From Eledone cirrhosa (taxonomy: Eukaryota): a stretch of DNA of 64,000 nt. Shown in pieces: positions 12,983-28,847 of the stretch. How positions within the stretch are numbered: position 1 is the stretch's first letter; every line of letters starts with the position of its first letter. The translations under genes were made by a program, and so were the position numbers. Under the pieces are notes generated by a model. That model was not told the origin of the DNA and made no database searches. It saw only the letters and a list, made by a program, of their open reading frames with translations. Location: contig OZ024742.1 in NCBI GenBank assembly GCA_964016885.1, positions 197,408,001 to 197,472,000 of the forward strand, given 5' to 3'.

Positions 12983-13629
12983 AATAATAATAATAATTTA
13001 TCATGATACGGAGTAACAAAAGATATAAGTTGAGAAGTGAGATAGCAGTGATATGACAATGACCCGTCAAAGATATTTTCTCCACCTTTACTTAACATTC
13101 CTTAGTTTAGAGTAAGTCAAATGATGCAATCTGACTGTTTGGCATGGATTGGCTAGAAAAGGACGGATACGCATTAGAATCTCTTCATTATTAATACATC
13201 TAACGTTGAAATCTGTTGTTATTACGGAGCATGAGACTAGGAACAAGATAAGAATGATATTAACAGGCGTTGTAGAAGTTGTATTTTAGTAGTTTACAGT
13301 CGCGTGAAATAGAATCAGTTTTGGTTAAAAGGAAGTCTAAACAGATATTACCATATGTCAACAGAGAAAGGGTGTGTAACAATTACAGTTACATCAACTG
13401 ATTACTTTAACAAACGGGATTTCTTTGGTTGTTTTCGTTGTGTTTTTTGTTTGTTTGTTGTTGTTTGTTTTTAAGGTGGTGTTGAAGACCACTCGGCTCC
13501 TCATGAGAAAGAAAATGATACCGACATGTGTTGATGTGTAAAATATATCACAATAAAATTACAACTGTCATTCTAGTTGTTCTCGCAGTTGTCTATTATG
13601 TCACATTCATCATCATCACCACCATCATC

Positions 13630-13900
13630 TAGCAGTATCGGTAGACACCATGCTTTAAAGCATAGGGTTATGGCCCTTTACGTTCTGATTTGAAATCCCA
13701 CCGAGGTTAACTTTGCCTTTCATCCTTACAGGGTCGATAAAATAAAGTATCAGTCACGCACTGAGATCGAGTTAATCGACTTTCCCCTCCCCCAAAATTG
13801 CTGGCTTTGTGCCAAAATCAGAACCTATTGTTATCATCATCACCAGTAATGCACTGCGTAATTGCTGGCCTTGTGCCAAAAGTAGAAACAATTATTATTA
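13630..13900 (+). mobile_element. SINE plus extra 3' fragment
   Basis: Dominant SINE motifs. Confidence 0.8.
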
Positions 13901-13967
13901 TCATCACTATTTGTTGTTGTTGTTGTTGATGATATTGCTGCTGCTGTTGTTGGTGTTGTTGTTGACA

Positions 13968-14735
13968 GATGCTCACGGCACTTCACCAGCTGAACACGAC
14001 AGGCAGTCAGAAAACAACACTTGCGTTCTACAAAGGGATACTGTAAGGTGTGATTGATGAAGGATATTGACGAAGATAGTTTGAAGAGGTTCTTCTAGAG
14101 CAGGGGTGTGCAACATATTCCACTGGCGGGCCACTTTTGAACATTGGAACAACTATTAGGGTCATTAATATTTATTAAGCACTATTCCAAAGATTCACCA
14201 CAACTTCTTTCCATAACATGGAACTGGGAAATTATAACACACATAACTCTATCAGTGAAGCCCTTTAGTATAGGTCAACTAACAGAAAATTGTATTACGG
14301 TTACAAAAAAAATTCTAAATAAATCTACAAGGTAAAAATTAAAAACGGTCAACGCGGGCAGCTCTGACTGGTCTGGCCTGTTGTACGCCCCTGTTCTAGA
14401 GGATTTTCAAGTCGAGGATCAGGGATAATTATCATAACACCTTGGCATAGCAGTGCTACAGAAGGGTACTATGAATTCCAGTTAGGGTCTACGAGCCAGT
14501 AAGTACCAACAGCCGGACCTGCCCAAGATGCAAACAGAATGATGAAACCATCCAGCATTCTTCTTCTTCTTCTTCTTCTTCTTCTTCTTCTTCTTCTTCT
14601 TCTTCTTCTTCTTCTTCTTCTTCTTCTTCTTCTTCTTCTTCTTCTTCTGTGTGTGTTGTATTTTAGGATTCGATTGTTCTGCGTACATCCGTAGTAATGA
14701 CTTCTAACCTCAATCTAAACAAGAAGGCATTGTGA
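13968..14735 (+). mobile_element. Decayed L1/Tx1-like LINE C-terminal (zinc-binding) fragment, split by a hAT MITE and (TTC)n
   Basis: LTALHQLNTTGSQKTTLAFYKG...LA*QCYR...SRTCPRCKQNDETIQH aligns by eye with LTALDQSGNVIGGNSTSAFYRG...LAWQCYR...SRACPRCAQGDETVLH of ORF 62355-63917. Confidence 0.7.
14101..14393. mobile_element. hAT (Charlie-like) non-autonomous DNA transposon
   Basis: TIRs CAGGGGTGTGCAAC / GTTGTACGCCCCTG; perfect 8-bp TSD TTCTAGAG at 14093-14100 and 14394-14401. Confidence 0.88.
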
Positions 14736-14814
14736 GTATGAATTTTACACACACACACACACACACACATATGTGTGTATATATATATTTATATATATAT
14801 ATTTATATATACAT

Positions 14815-15074
14815 ATGATAAACAAGAAAGACGGCTTCATTTGTACGACCCTATTTATTTTGTTATATGTATTTCAAAGACGTCAGGCAATTGTAGAACA
14901 GCTGATAAAACTGCCTTACGCCTTTGAAATACGTATAACAAAATAAATAGGGATGTACAAATGAAACCGTCCTTCTTGTTTATTATTATAATAAAACTCC
15001 GGGTGACACAAATCGTGGAGTGATTTATATCTGTTAAGAAAAGTCGGCAGATTATCAATCAACTAGCTTTCTTC

Positions 15075-15080
<6 letters not shown>
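14815..15080. mobile_element. Palindromic TA-flanked mini-element with partial hammerhead and unique tail
   Basis: Arms ~14815-14890 and ~14912-14986; GAAAT-ACGT-ATA motif; tail to ~15080; (TA)n on both sides. Confidence 0.65.
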
Positions 15081-15111
<31 letters not shown>

Positions 15112-15436
15112 AGAATGAAACGAAATTTCATTTCTCACTCTTAGTACGGCACTTACTTAAATGTAAGTATGTATGTATGTATACGTACATACACATATGT
15201 ATACACACGCACAGTAGTATGTATATATATATACATACATGCACACATATATATGCAAGTATCGGTTTACCGAACATTTATTATAATGCTCGGTTTGTTT
15301 GTTTGTAAACAAACAAACAGCCCGACTTACGTCGTACACTGAACTCACTCGATATGCAAATTAGCCTGCTCAGCCGTTAATATGCATAAGGAAAGTATAT
15401 ACTTTCAGACGTTCAACCATCTGGCAGGAAGGTATA

Positions 15437-15477
15437 CGATGCTGACGATAGCTAATAAGCTTGAAACTAGTACATCG
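15437..15477 (+). ncRNA. Minimal type-I hammerhead ribozyme
   Basis: cgatg-CTGACGA-t-agct(aata)agct-t-GAAA-CTA-GTA^-catcg; palindromic stem III ACTAGT; lies in the loop of inverted repeat ~15170-15337/15527-15680. Confidence 0.85.
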
Positions 15478-15787
15478 TTCCTGTGTCAGTGTTGAACAAA
15501 AAGGTGACGTGGTTGCCTAAACACGGTACGGCGTAATTCGGGCTGTTTGTTGTTTACAATATAATAAGTGTTCGGTAAACCGATACGTGCATATATATAT
15601 ATATGTGCATGTATGTATATATATACATACTACTGTACGTCTGTATACATATATGTATGTACGTATACATACATACATACTTTTATATATATATATATAT
15701 ATATATGTAGATAAATCTACCAAGAGTTTACGGTAGTGTCCAATCCGTATGAAGAACTCAATGTAATCCGGATATTTTATTTTATTT

Positions 15788-15870
<83 letters not shown>

Positions 15871-16019
15871 AATATATATATATTGAATATATATATATAC
15901 AGAAAGAGAGAGAGAAAGAGATAGATTGATAGATAGATTAGATAGACAGACAGATACACACATATATATACATATACAGATATGTTATATATACAGATAT
16001 GTATATATATATATATAAT

Positions 16020-16250
16020 TTTTTTATATTTATTTTCATTTGTACCCCTTCCACCGTTCCCCCCCCCCGTTTTTTAAATGTCTCTCCCCCACTCCCCTAC
16101 ACACCCTTGGAACTCTCTTCCCACACACTTTTCGCCTGAAGAAGAGCTTATGCCAGAAACGTCGTTCCCCCCCCCTCACTCTCAAGAGCGTGAAACTAAT
16201 AAACCTTTGTTCGTACTGCCTCTCTGTTTTGTTCCCGTTCCATTTTTCAC
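16020..16250 (+). mobile_element. Probable solo PLE pseudo-LTR with decayed hammerhead
   Basis: CTGAAGAAGAGCTTATGCCAGAAACGTC at 16136-16163, downstream AATAAA, (TA)n flanks. Confidence 0.45.
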
Positions 16251-16400
<150 letters not shown>

Positions 16401-16605
16401 TATGTATTTTTTCTCACTAGTCAGTTTTTTCGTTGCTACAGATCACGCGGCTGAATTAGCGGTCGCTATCTTCAATTTGCAAAGCCCTTTAAACTGTATG
16501 TTATTACTCTGAGGTCTATAGCTTGTCGAGTGCTTGGCTGCACTGCTGAAGGCATTCGTTGGCTTAGCTGCTGCTCGAACTTCGAATATGCTGCACTTTC
16601 ATTTG

Positions 16606-16677
<72 letters not shown>

Positions 16678-16681
<4 letters not shown>

Positions 16682-17178
16682 AGTTAATATAAATTAATAT
16701 ATGATAAACACGTAAGTGTTTGCATTGCAAAAGACTAAGTTAGCTAGAATGAAATAAACTAATTAAAATAAATATAGTTTGTCCGTCTCGATATAAATCG
16801 ATAAAAATTTTCTGGATTCCTGTTGACAAGCACAGAAGATTTGAATATTTCACTTTTTATACCACCGTTACGAAACATATTTAGGTTTTGAAGTTCAAAT
16901 TCATCTACGGACCAGGTTTGGATTTTGAAATTTAAATTTGTCCAGGAATCACGGCTTTTGCCAATATGACCTTGTTTTTATCGATTTATATCGATTTATA
17001 TCGAGACGGACAAACTATATTTATTTTAATTAGTTTATTTCATTCTCGCTAACTTAGTCTTTTGCAATGCAAACACTTACGTGTTTATCATATATTAATT
17101 TATATTAACTTGTATTTCACGGCTCAGAAATGCTTCTTTCTTTGAGCTAATTAATTGTAAATGACTCCAAATATAATA

Positions 17179-17180
<2 letters not shown>
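16678..17180. mobile_element. TA-flanked inverted-repeat element (arms ~130 bp, spacer ~170 bp, tail) with no visible hammerhead
   Basis: 16678-16807 is the reverse complement of ~16985-17114. Confidence 0.7.
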
Positions 17181-17262
<82 letters not shown>

Positions 17263-17264
17263 TT

Positions 17265-19027
<1,763 letters not shown>

Positions 19028-19503
19028 AGAGAGAGAGAGCGAGAGAGATTGATAGATAATGTTTGTGCATGTGTTCGGACTACTCTCTATGTAAATATTT
19101 TTAGCTCATCTTCTAACGCCAAAAAGATACAAAAAAGTGTTTGACTTTGTAGATAATTCTAATGGAAAAGACTCCAAAAATAAAGAGAGCTTGCCTGACG
19201 TCAGAAACCGACAAATTATAACAATTTGAATAAAAAATAAGAAATAATGATAGAGGGACAACTGAAACATAAAGGAATAAGAAAAGGAAATAAAAATGCC
19301 AACAGTAAATCACTGCGTGTTTAACAATTTTGAATGAATTATCTATTAACATCTACAGCTGAATAAATTGGCTTTCTGTCACGATAAAGGCATTTTTTCT
19401 TGTTTCAATTTAGTTTTTCTATTATGATTATAATTATTATTATTGTTGTTGTTGTTGATGGAAGAGCGGTGGATTGGTAGTATAGGGAGAGCGTCGGACA
19501 ATA

Positions 19504-19631
<128 letters not shown>

Positions 19632-20199
19632 TACATATATATATACATATACGGTACTGGCATTGATAAATATGCTGGGTCCGTCAACCCTTATTATATT
19701 TATATACGTATATATATATGTATATATGTATATGTATATATATATCACGATAAATTAACGGAGTCATAGGCCCTCGCCATTCCATGTAAATAATGTGCTC
19801 AAAGGAGAAGAAATCCTGAGCTCTTTAAAATATAATATGTTGAAAAAGTAACACACCAGAGAGAGATATATACAGTGCGTTATCAATAAAACAGGGAAAA
19901 AACCACCAGTGTATAGAATCTATAACCTATGAAAGGCAGACTATAGACACGATAATTAAAAATATAAATTAATGCGTAAATAAATACCTCTATAACTATA
20001 TAACACACGTACAAATCCAAAGAGATGTTTCGCCAGTAAGTTGTTGACAGAAATGGAATAACCTCGGTTCATCACTTGCAAGAACTAGTAGTAAACACTG
20101 CTAGTAGTCACATGGTTTCTCCGAAGGGAGGTAATCCCCGGTTTTGGCGGTCAAATTCAAAATTTGAACAAAGGATTTAAATCCTTTACACAAACCGAA

Positions 20200-20339
<140 letters not shown>

Positions 20340-20344
20340 TAGAG

Positions 20345-20397
<53 letters not shown>

Positions 20398-20459
20398 GAT
20401 AGATAGATATATAGAGAGAGATCATGTATGTGCATGTTCGAACTATGTTCTAAATATTT

Positions 20460-21042
20460 TTGCGGTATATAGCTACGGCTCTTTACGTTGTGAGTTCAAA
20501 TCCCCTCGAAGTTAACATTGCTTTTCATCCTTACGGGGTCGATGAAATAAATACCAGTCACACACTAGGATCTATTTAATGGACTTTCCCTTCTCTTAAA
20601 TCTGAAACCATTGGATTGGCAGTGTCGGTAGAGGGTCGGACGCCATGCTTTGACGTATATAGTTACGGCCCTTGCCATTCTGAGTTCAAATCCCACCGAG
20701 GTTAACTTTGCCTTTCATCCGTAAGGGGTCGATAAAATAAAGTACCAGTAATGTACTGGGTAATTACTAGCCTTGTGCCAAAAGTAGAAACAATTATTAT
20801 TGTTGTTGCTATTAAGGTTTGTGGAATGGCAGTATCGGGAGAGCGTCGAACAAAATGATTTGCGTTTTTTTTTTATGACTTTCTACGTTTTGTGTTTAAA
20901 TCCCGTCGAGGTCTACTTTGGCTTTCATCCTTCTAGGTTCGATAAAATAAAATACCAGTAACGCACTGGGTTCGATTTAATCGACTTTCTTCTTCCCTTC
21001 AAATTGCTGGCCTTGTGCCAAATGTAGAAACAATTCTTATTA
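20460..21042 (+). mobile_element. Three tandem SINE copies
   Basis: Dominant SINE motifs. Confidence 0.8.
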
Positions 21043-21059
21043 TTGTGCATTGTTACTGC

Positions 21060-21970
21060 ATTACTGAGCACAGCTCTGTGTTCCTTGGGTATGTGCAATG
21101 TTGTTTTTGGTGTTGTTACGTATCTTGTTTTGAAAGTAATCTTCATAATATGTGTGCAATGCATAGCAGGGCTATTTTCTATATATCGTATATATTTGTA
21201 AATCCTGAGGTTTTAGTTATATATCTGCCAGTGTATTTTTTTATCATACCCAGTGCACTTATTATTATAGAGATTGTTTTTCTTTTCATCATCCACATTC
21301 GAATTATTTCTATCCCCAGATATTAATATTTGGATGATTTCTCTATTTCATTGGTAGATATATTGTCATCTGTATGGATTGATACATCAATTTGAAGACT
21401 TCGTTTTTTGTGTGTTCTTTGACTATAATATCCGGCCGGTTGACTTTGATCTCTATCTGTGAGTATTCGCATATTCCAGATTATGGTTGCTTTGTCATTG
21501 TCTGACACCTTTTCTGGTCTGTACCACCTTTTTAGTGTTGGTATTTCATAGTGCTGGTATAACTTCCAGTGTATGTAAATCCTAACTCTATCATGTCTAT
21601 GGATATATTCTTGTTTAGCCATGACTGGATAACCAGAGACAATGTAACTAATTGTTTCTTCCCTGTCACCACCATATATTCTGTTGTTAATTACTGTGTT
21701 CTGCTTCATTATATATTTTTGGTGGTTTCTGGTGATGAGACTTTGGCATTGTGCTGCAATTAAAAATCATTCAGCCCAGTGCTTCTTAACCAGGTTCTGG
21801 GAATTTTGCTTGTTCTCTTCCTTTCTATTGTTTCATTTTTTTTCGGGTATTGGCTACGTAGGAGCTCTTTCTTGCCAAATGTTTTAACATAAAATTCCTG
21901 AGATCGGTCTTCAGTTTGGATCTTATTTTTTTCGAAATTTCTGTTATTTTTTCTTCTGTTTTTATTTCCC
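21060..21970 (-). mobile_element. Decayed R4/Dong-like LINE (zinc knuckle and RLE)
   Basis: EETISYIVSG.PVMAKQEYIHRHDRV..YIHWKL...WYRPEKV..NDKATIIWNMRILTDR...IDVSI..D.NI...EIEKSSKY. Confidence 0.8.
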
Positions 21971-22422
21971 TTTATAATTATTATTGTTGTTATTGTTATT
22001 ACTATTATTTCTTTTCATCTCTACAAGACAAGTTTGACATCGGTCCGTAAGTTTATTGCTTCTTCAACAATTTTGAAAATATTTTTCTTGTTGGAATTAT
22101 TTCAATGTTCTGGAACTAACCTGGCCGGGACCCTGGCTAACAGATCGATTTCCTTTTATAATTGGCCCTAAAATTTATTATTCTTTTAAACAAACACTAT
22201 TGGCATGATTTTCTTCAGTGAGAACAGAGGAACGTCGCATCCACCCACTGCCGAATGCAACATAATCCATCCACCTCTAGTGGCTGCCAGCCAAAGTACC
22301 ACCACCACTACCAACAACTAAAGAAACAATGGCGACAACAAAAATAACAATGACAAAAACAGCGAAAACCACAATAAATAGCAGTGACAACAAAAACACC
22401 TCAAGCATAATATATAAATGTA

Positions 22423-22721
<299 letters not shown>

Positions 22722-22868
22722 TTATATATACACTTATATATGTTTATATATATATATGTATATATATATGTGTATATATGTGTGTATATATCTATGTATA
22801 TATATATGTGTGTGTGTGTTTGTGTGTGTGTGTATGTGTGTATATATGTGTGTGTGTGCATGTGTGTG

Positions 22869-22914
<46 letters not shown>

Positions 22915-23557
22915 AACTACCTACCTATCACAGCACTTATCACTATAGAATTATCTTGAAGAATTCTCTTCCAAAACAAGGGTGTTCTCAGCCTGTTTAC
23001 CTGTGAGCCATCACCTTTAAAATGACATGGGCGATGTTGGTAATGATTAATGCACTAAAATACGTATGGAATGTTTTTCATTACAATAGTTCTTGCTCAA
23101 GTTCAGCAACTTTTCTTTACGAGTTATAAAATGATACATAACATATTACAATGAACTATTGGGGTTGTGGTTTTGGTTGGTAGCTTAGAATGTAAAGCTT
23201 TACAGTTCCAAAGGCCCATTGCTATACGTATATGTATACGTGAATGTGTATGTATATATATATGTAAAATATATTTCACATATATTTTTCAAGAGATGTT
23301 AACATGAATGGACCTGTTATTTTTATCTAAAGACATTTTTTTCCAATTCCAACCCGCCCGTCCTTTCTATCAATCTTATTTTTCATTCTTTCTTCTGAGG
23401 AAGGACTAGCATCCGAAACATTGCGACCCTCTTGCTATTTCAAGCGTTAACCTAATATATCGCTTCCATATACTGTACCGATTGTGTTGTTAATTTTGTT
23501 TACCTTTTACATAGATAGATATATATATACATATATGTATATATAAATATGTATACA

Positions 23558-23629
<72 letters not shown>

Positions 23630-25429
23630 TTTAGCGAGGTTTTTTATATGAAATCGTGTGTCGAAGCAGATATTGTTATACTTGGGGAGGGTCATATTTG
23701 CGTAATATTGCCAGAATTAATAACAGAACACACTCACTGTTTGGTTGGTTTTCGCTTCTCGCTGTCTTTTATATTTGCGATCTAACTTACTCGGTCCTCA
23801 ATGTTGCCATTGACTGACCGACGGTCAAAAATAATACAGATACAATATAGACACACACACATATATATAGTTTACATAATTTACATAAATCTTTCGTTGC
23901 ACATCTGCAACATCGTCAGTGGTGTTATATTTTTTTCCTCCTGTTGTGTTGTATGTCTACGCCATTTTTTATTCAGTCTGTCTATATATTTATTTATTTA
24001 TTTGTTTGTTTGTTTATTTTATTTTGTCTTCTTTGCGCATGCGTTTGCGTGTGTGTATAGTGTTATGTGTGCTGTGTGACTAGTGTGTATAGTGTTGTGT
24101 CTGCTGGCTGACTAGTGTGTGTTTATGTGCTTGTTGTTATTGTGCTTGTGTATGTATTTATTTATCTTATTTTATTTTATTTTATTTATTTACTTATTTA
24201 TACTTCTCTTGGGTCAGTGTTGTTTGTTTGGGTGTTGTTGTTGTTCCACTCATTCTTTCTGTTTAGCTTTGGTCTTCTAATTTCTATTTCACTGGCCTCT
24301 CTGATTTGCCTATCTGCTGGGTTATTCCTATGTTTAGATATTATTCTAATTTCTATGTTGTCTATGTTACCGTCATGTTGTTGTCTAGCATGTTCGTATA
24401 GTACTGACCCGTTTTTCGTCCTTTTAGTTCCCCCCAGTGTTGGTCTATCCTTTCACCTATGCTACGAGCTGTCTCACCTATGTATGTTGTTGTCATGTTT
24501 CTACAAGTACCCTCTGTACATCTTATGCTATAGACTACGTTTCTAGTTTTACAGTTTATCCGGGTGTTCACCTTACATATGATACATTTCCTATTGGTAC
24601 AGTGGGTTTTCTTAAAAGGGTAGGTTTTGCTGATCAGGGATTTTATGGTGGTTCCTGGCTTTTCTACCACCTTTATTTTTAAGTGGGTCTTTCTCAGGGC
24701 CTTTCTACACTGGTTAGCTAATTTCCCTCCAGGGGTGGCGTCCACAAACATGACACTCTGCTATCTCTGGTTGTCGTACCAGAGAACTGCATGCGGTTGA
24801 TGAAGTGTTGGATGTGTCTTTCCATTTCTGTTGGGTCGCACATGCTGGACACATTCTTCATCACTCGTACCAAATCTGCGATCAGAATATTAAACTTAGC
24901 ACTACTGGACATTGCTGAGTTTTTGAGTATCAGGTATTTGGAGGCCATGGGTTTAGCATAGTGTGAGTGGAGAATTTGGGCTCTCTCGTCTATAGTGTTA
25001 ATCCAGAGTTCTGTGTCTAATACAGGTAGTCTATTGTTAGGGTGTTTGGAAGGGAAGTCGATAGTTACAGTTATACTCTGGTGTATGGAATTAGCTATCT
25101 GCTGGATGCTTTCCATCGTGCTACGTTCTAAATCAAACTTGTTAGTGCTCTCTAGTGGGGGTGTTCTTATAACTATATTGATATCGTCTACATAACGAGA
25201 GTACATGATGCGGTCTATGGAGCTTTCATTAAGGAGATATTTAAGTCTCCTTTCCCACCATACCATGAAAAGGTTGTCAAGATCACCAGCTATGTTTCTG
25301 CCCTAGTAGACCTATAAGAGGTAGACCTCCCACCATAACCTCAATGGTAAAAAAGACTCCCATAGGAAGGTGGATTGGGTGGACCAAAGCTATACGGACC
25401 CCCCAAAACACTGATCAGGTAAAAAAAAA

Positions 25430-26797
25430 ATGGTCGCACATGCTATAGGGGCTAGTATCAAAACTACCCTAAAGGGCCACATATTTAAGTTCAATGAGAA
25501 AATCTACACCCAAAATGAGGGAGCAGCCATCGGCGTCAGCATAGCTGGTGATGTTGACAACCTTTTCATGGTATGGTGGGAAAGGAGACTTAAAGATCTC
25601 CTTAATGAAAGCTCCATAGACCGCATCATGTACTCTCGTTATGTAGACGATATCAATATAGTTATAAGAACACCCCCACTAGAGAGCACTAACAAGTTTG
25701 ATTTAGAACGTAGCACGATGGAAAGCATCCAGCAGATAGCTAATTCCATACACCAGAGTATAACTGTAGCTATCGACTTCCCTTCCAAACACCCTAACAA
25801 TAGACTACCTGTATTAGACACAGAACTCTGGATTAACACTATAGACGAGAGAGCCCAAATTCTCCACTCGCACTATGCTAAACCCATGGCCTCCAAATAC
25901 CTGATACTCAAAAACTCAGCAATGTCCAGTAGTGCTAAGTTTAATATTCTGATCGCAGATTTGGTACGAGTGATGAAGAATGTGTCCAGCATGTGCGACC
26001 CAACAGAAATGGAAAGACACATCCAACACTTCATCAACCGCATGCAGTTCTCTGGCTACAACCAAAGAGACAGAGTCAGAGTATACGAAGGAGCCATGGA
26101 AAAGTATAAGACCCTCATAGAACTGGACATGAAAGGTATTTGCCCACTATACAGGAGCAAATCATGGAATAGCTTAGATAGGGCTACACATAAGATAGGG
26201 AAGGCCACATCATGGTACGACAACCAGAGATAGCAGAGTGTCATGTTTGTGGACGCCACCCCTGGAGGGAAATTAGCTAACCAGTGTAGAAAGGCCCTGA
26301 GAAAGACCCACTTAAAAATAAAGGTGGTAGAAAAGCCAGGAACCACCATAAAATCCCTGATCAGCAAAACCTACCCTTTTAAGAAAACCCACTGTACCAA
26401 TAGGAAATGTATCATATGTAAGGTGAACACCCGGATAAACTGTAAAACTAGAAACGTAGTCTATAGCATAAGATGTACAGAGGGTACTTGTAGAAACATG
26501 ACAACAACATACATAGGTGAGACAGCTCGTAGCATAGGTGAAAGGATAGACCAACACTGGGAGGAACTAAAAGGACGAAAAAACGGGTCAGTACTATACG
26601 AACATGCTAGACAACAGCATGACGGTAACATAGACAACATAGAAATTAGAATAATATCTAAACATAGGAATGACCCAGTAGATAGGCAAATCAGAGAGGC
26701 CAGTGAAATAGAAATTAGAAGACCAAAGCTAAACAGAAAGAATGAGTGGAACAACAACAACACCCAAACAAACAACACTGATCTAAGAGAAGTATAA
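25430..26797 (+). pseudogene. PLE RT (RYVDD) and GIY-YIG ORF, 5'-truncated, with in-frame TAG at 26231-26233
   Basis: Q.EGAAIGVSIAG, YSRYVDD, LPVLDTELW, HYAKP; ORFs 25430 and 26243 share a frame; VVY...YIGET. Confidence 0.9.
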
Positions 26798-27037
26798 ATA
26801 AGTAAATAAATAAAATAAAATAAAATAAGATAAATAAATACATACACAAGCACAATAACAACAAGCACATAAACACACACTAGTCACCCAGCAGACACAA
26901 CACTATACACACTAGTCACACAGCACACATAACACTATACACACACACGCAAACGCATGCGCAAAGAAGACAAAATAAAATAAACAAACAAGCAAATAAA
27001 TAAATAAATATATAGACAGACTGAATAAAAAATATAA

Positions 27038-27080
27038 CACCACTGACGATGTTGCAGATGTGCAACGAAAGATTTATGTA
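27038..27080 (+). ncRNA. Hammerhead-like motif in PLE 3' UTR (mirror at ~23885-23922 on -)
   Basis: CTGACGA-t-gttgca(gatg)tgcaac-GAAA-GAT-TTA; stem I weak. Confidence 0.5.
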
Positions 27081-27288
27081 AATTATGTAAACTATATATA
27101 TGTGTTTGTGTCTATATTGTATCTGTATTATTTTTGACCGTCGGTCAGTCAATGGCAACATTGAGGACCGAGTAAGTTAGATCGCAGATATAAAAGACAG
27201 CGAGAAGCGAAAACCAACCAAACAGTGAGTGTGTTCTGTTATTAATTCTGGCAATATTACGCAAATATGACCCTCCCCAAGTATAACA

Positions 27289-27334
<46 letters not shown>

Positions 27335-27490
27335 CTATACTTATATATATATATTTATATATATATATTTATATATAACTATACTTATATATATATATAT
27401 TTTTATAAATAACTATACTTATATATATATATATATATATATACATGTAGTATATAGTATATACATATATATATGTATATATAAATATGT

Positions 27491-27569
<79 letters not shown>

Positions 27570-27660
27570 TACTTATATATATATATTTATATATAACTAT
27601 ACTTATATATATATATATTTTTATAAATAACTACACTTATATATATATATATATATCGAG

Positions 27661-27764
<104 letters not shown>

Positions 27765-28115
27765 GTATATAGTATATACATATATATGTATTTCTCTCTC
27801 CCTCTCTCGCTATATATATATATAATATATATATATCTGTGTGTGTGTGGGGGGGGGGGGTCTATGTGTGTGTCTGTGTATGTTTGTGTTGGTCTGTAAA
27901 GAGCTCAATGGAAATAAGATGCGATAAAATCCTATACCAGAGCACATTTATACAATAGCATTACAGAAGCAGTACTAATTGTATATGATAATATATAGGA
28001 TAAAAACGTAATTAGCATATAAAAAAAAACATTATTTACACTGTTTGTTTGTTATACCAATATATACCTATATAGCTGTTTCGAATGTTAGAGTGTAAAC
28101 ATCATTATTTAATCC

Positions 28116-28310
28116 AGGGCAGTGGATTGGCAGTATCGCTAGAGGGTCGGACACCATGCTTTTCAGCATAGAGTTACGGCCCTTTATGATCTGAGCTCAC
28201 ATCCCGCCGAGGTTAACATTGCCTTTCATCCTTATGGGGTCGATAAAATAAAGTACCAGTAATTCACTGAGTAATTGCTGGCCTTGTGCCAAAAGTAGAA
28301 ACAATTATTT
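28116..28310 (+). mobile_element. Full-length SINE
   Basis: gggcagtggattggcagtatc...gccttgtgccaaaagtagaaacaatt. Confidence 0.88.
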
Positions 28311-28436
28311 AATATTGAAATGACTTCTATATGACTAGAACTATTTCATTCGTACGAAATCACCATGAATGCATTTCTGATGATTTCATACGAATGAAAC
28401 AGTTCTAGTCCTGTAAAAGCCATTTCTATATTAAAT
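28310..28436. mobile_element. Short palindromic mini-element with partial hammerhead core
   Basis: Inverted arms around ~28370; CTGATGA...GAAAC at 28377-28400; related sequence at 4985-5035. Confidence 0.55.
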
Positions 28437-28475
28437 AATTATATATCTATGTATATAATTCTTTCTCTCTCTCTC

Positions 28476-28524
<49 letters not shown>

Positions 28525-28847
28525 TGTTGCTTGTGGAGAAACGAAATGAGCAATCAACCAACAATGTGGAAATTGGAAATATTTATATTAACAGTTTGAC
28601 TTATTTATGCACTACTAGCAGTTTCTTAAACGTAAACAAATCCAACTGCTCCTTCAGACTCGTTTAGATATACAAGAAAGAAATGTTCTTCAATGAGAGT
28701 ATTGTAAGTGGTTTCTATCGTTTGGTTCAGATCACGCCATCAATTCTTTCGACTTCTGATCAAGTGGAGATTTATAAAGCGCTGGTGTGTATTTCGAAAT
28801 ATTTATTCTTAAAATCACCATGTGTGTGTGTATATATATATATATAT

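Larger units (their letters stand above)
23627..27290. mobile_element. Large inverted (foldback) Penelope-like insertion, same family as 7550-8698
   Basis: 23680-25294 is the reverse complement of ~25540-27290 apart from a ~160-bp deletion and small indels; (TA)n at both ends; extra ~55-bp tail on the left arm. Confidence 0.93.

Noticed and set aside
13968-14042. Apparent host exon bounded by ttgacag and gtaagg
   Set aside because: Its translation matches the Tx1-like LINE C-terminal region and continues past the putative donor
14661-14732. Apparent exon bounded by ttttag and gtgagt
   Set aside because: Better explained as continuation of the same decayed Tx1 fragment (RIRL...KEG); not fully excluded
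20020-20080. Minus-strand GTGATGA...GGCGAAAC in a TA-flanked segment
   Set aside because: Too degenerate to call a ribozyme
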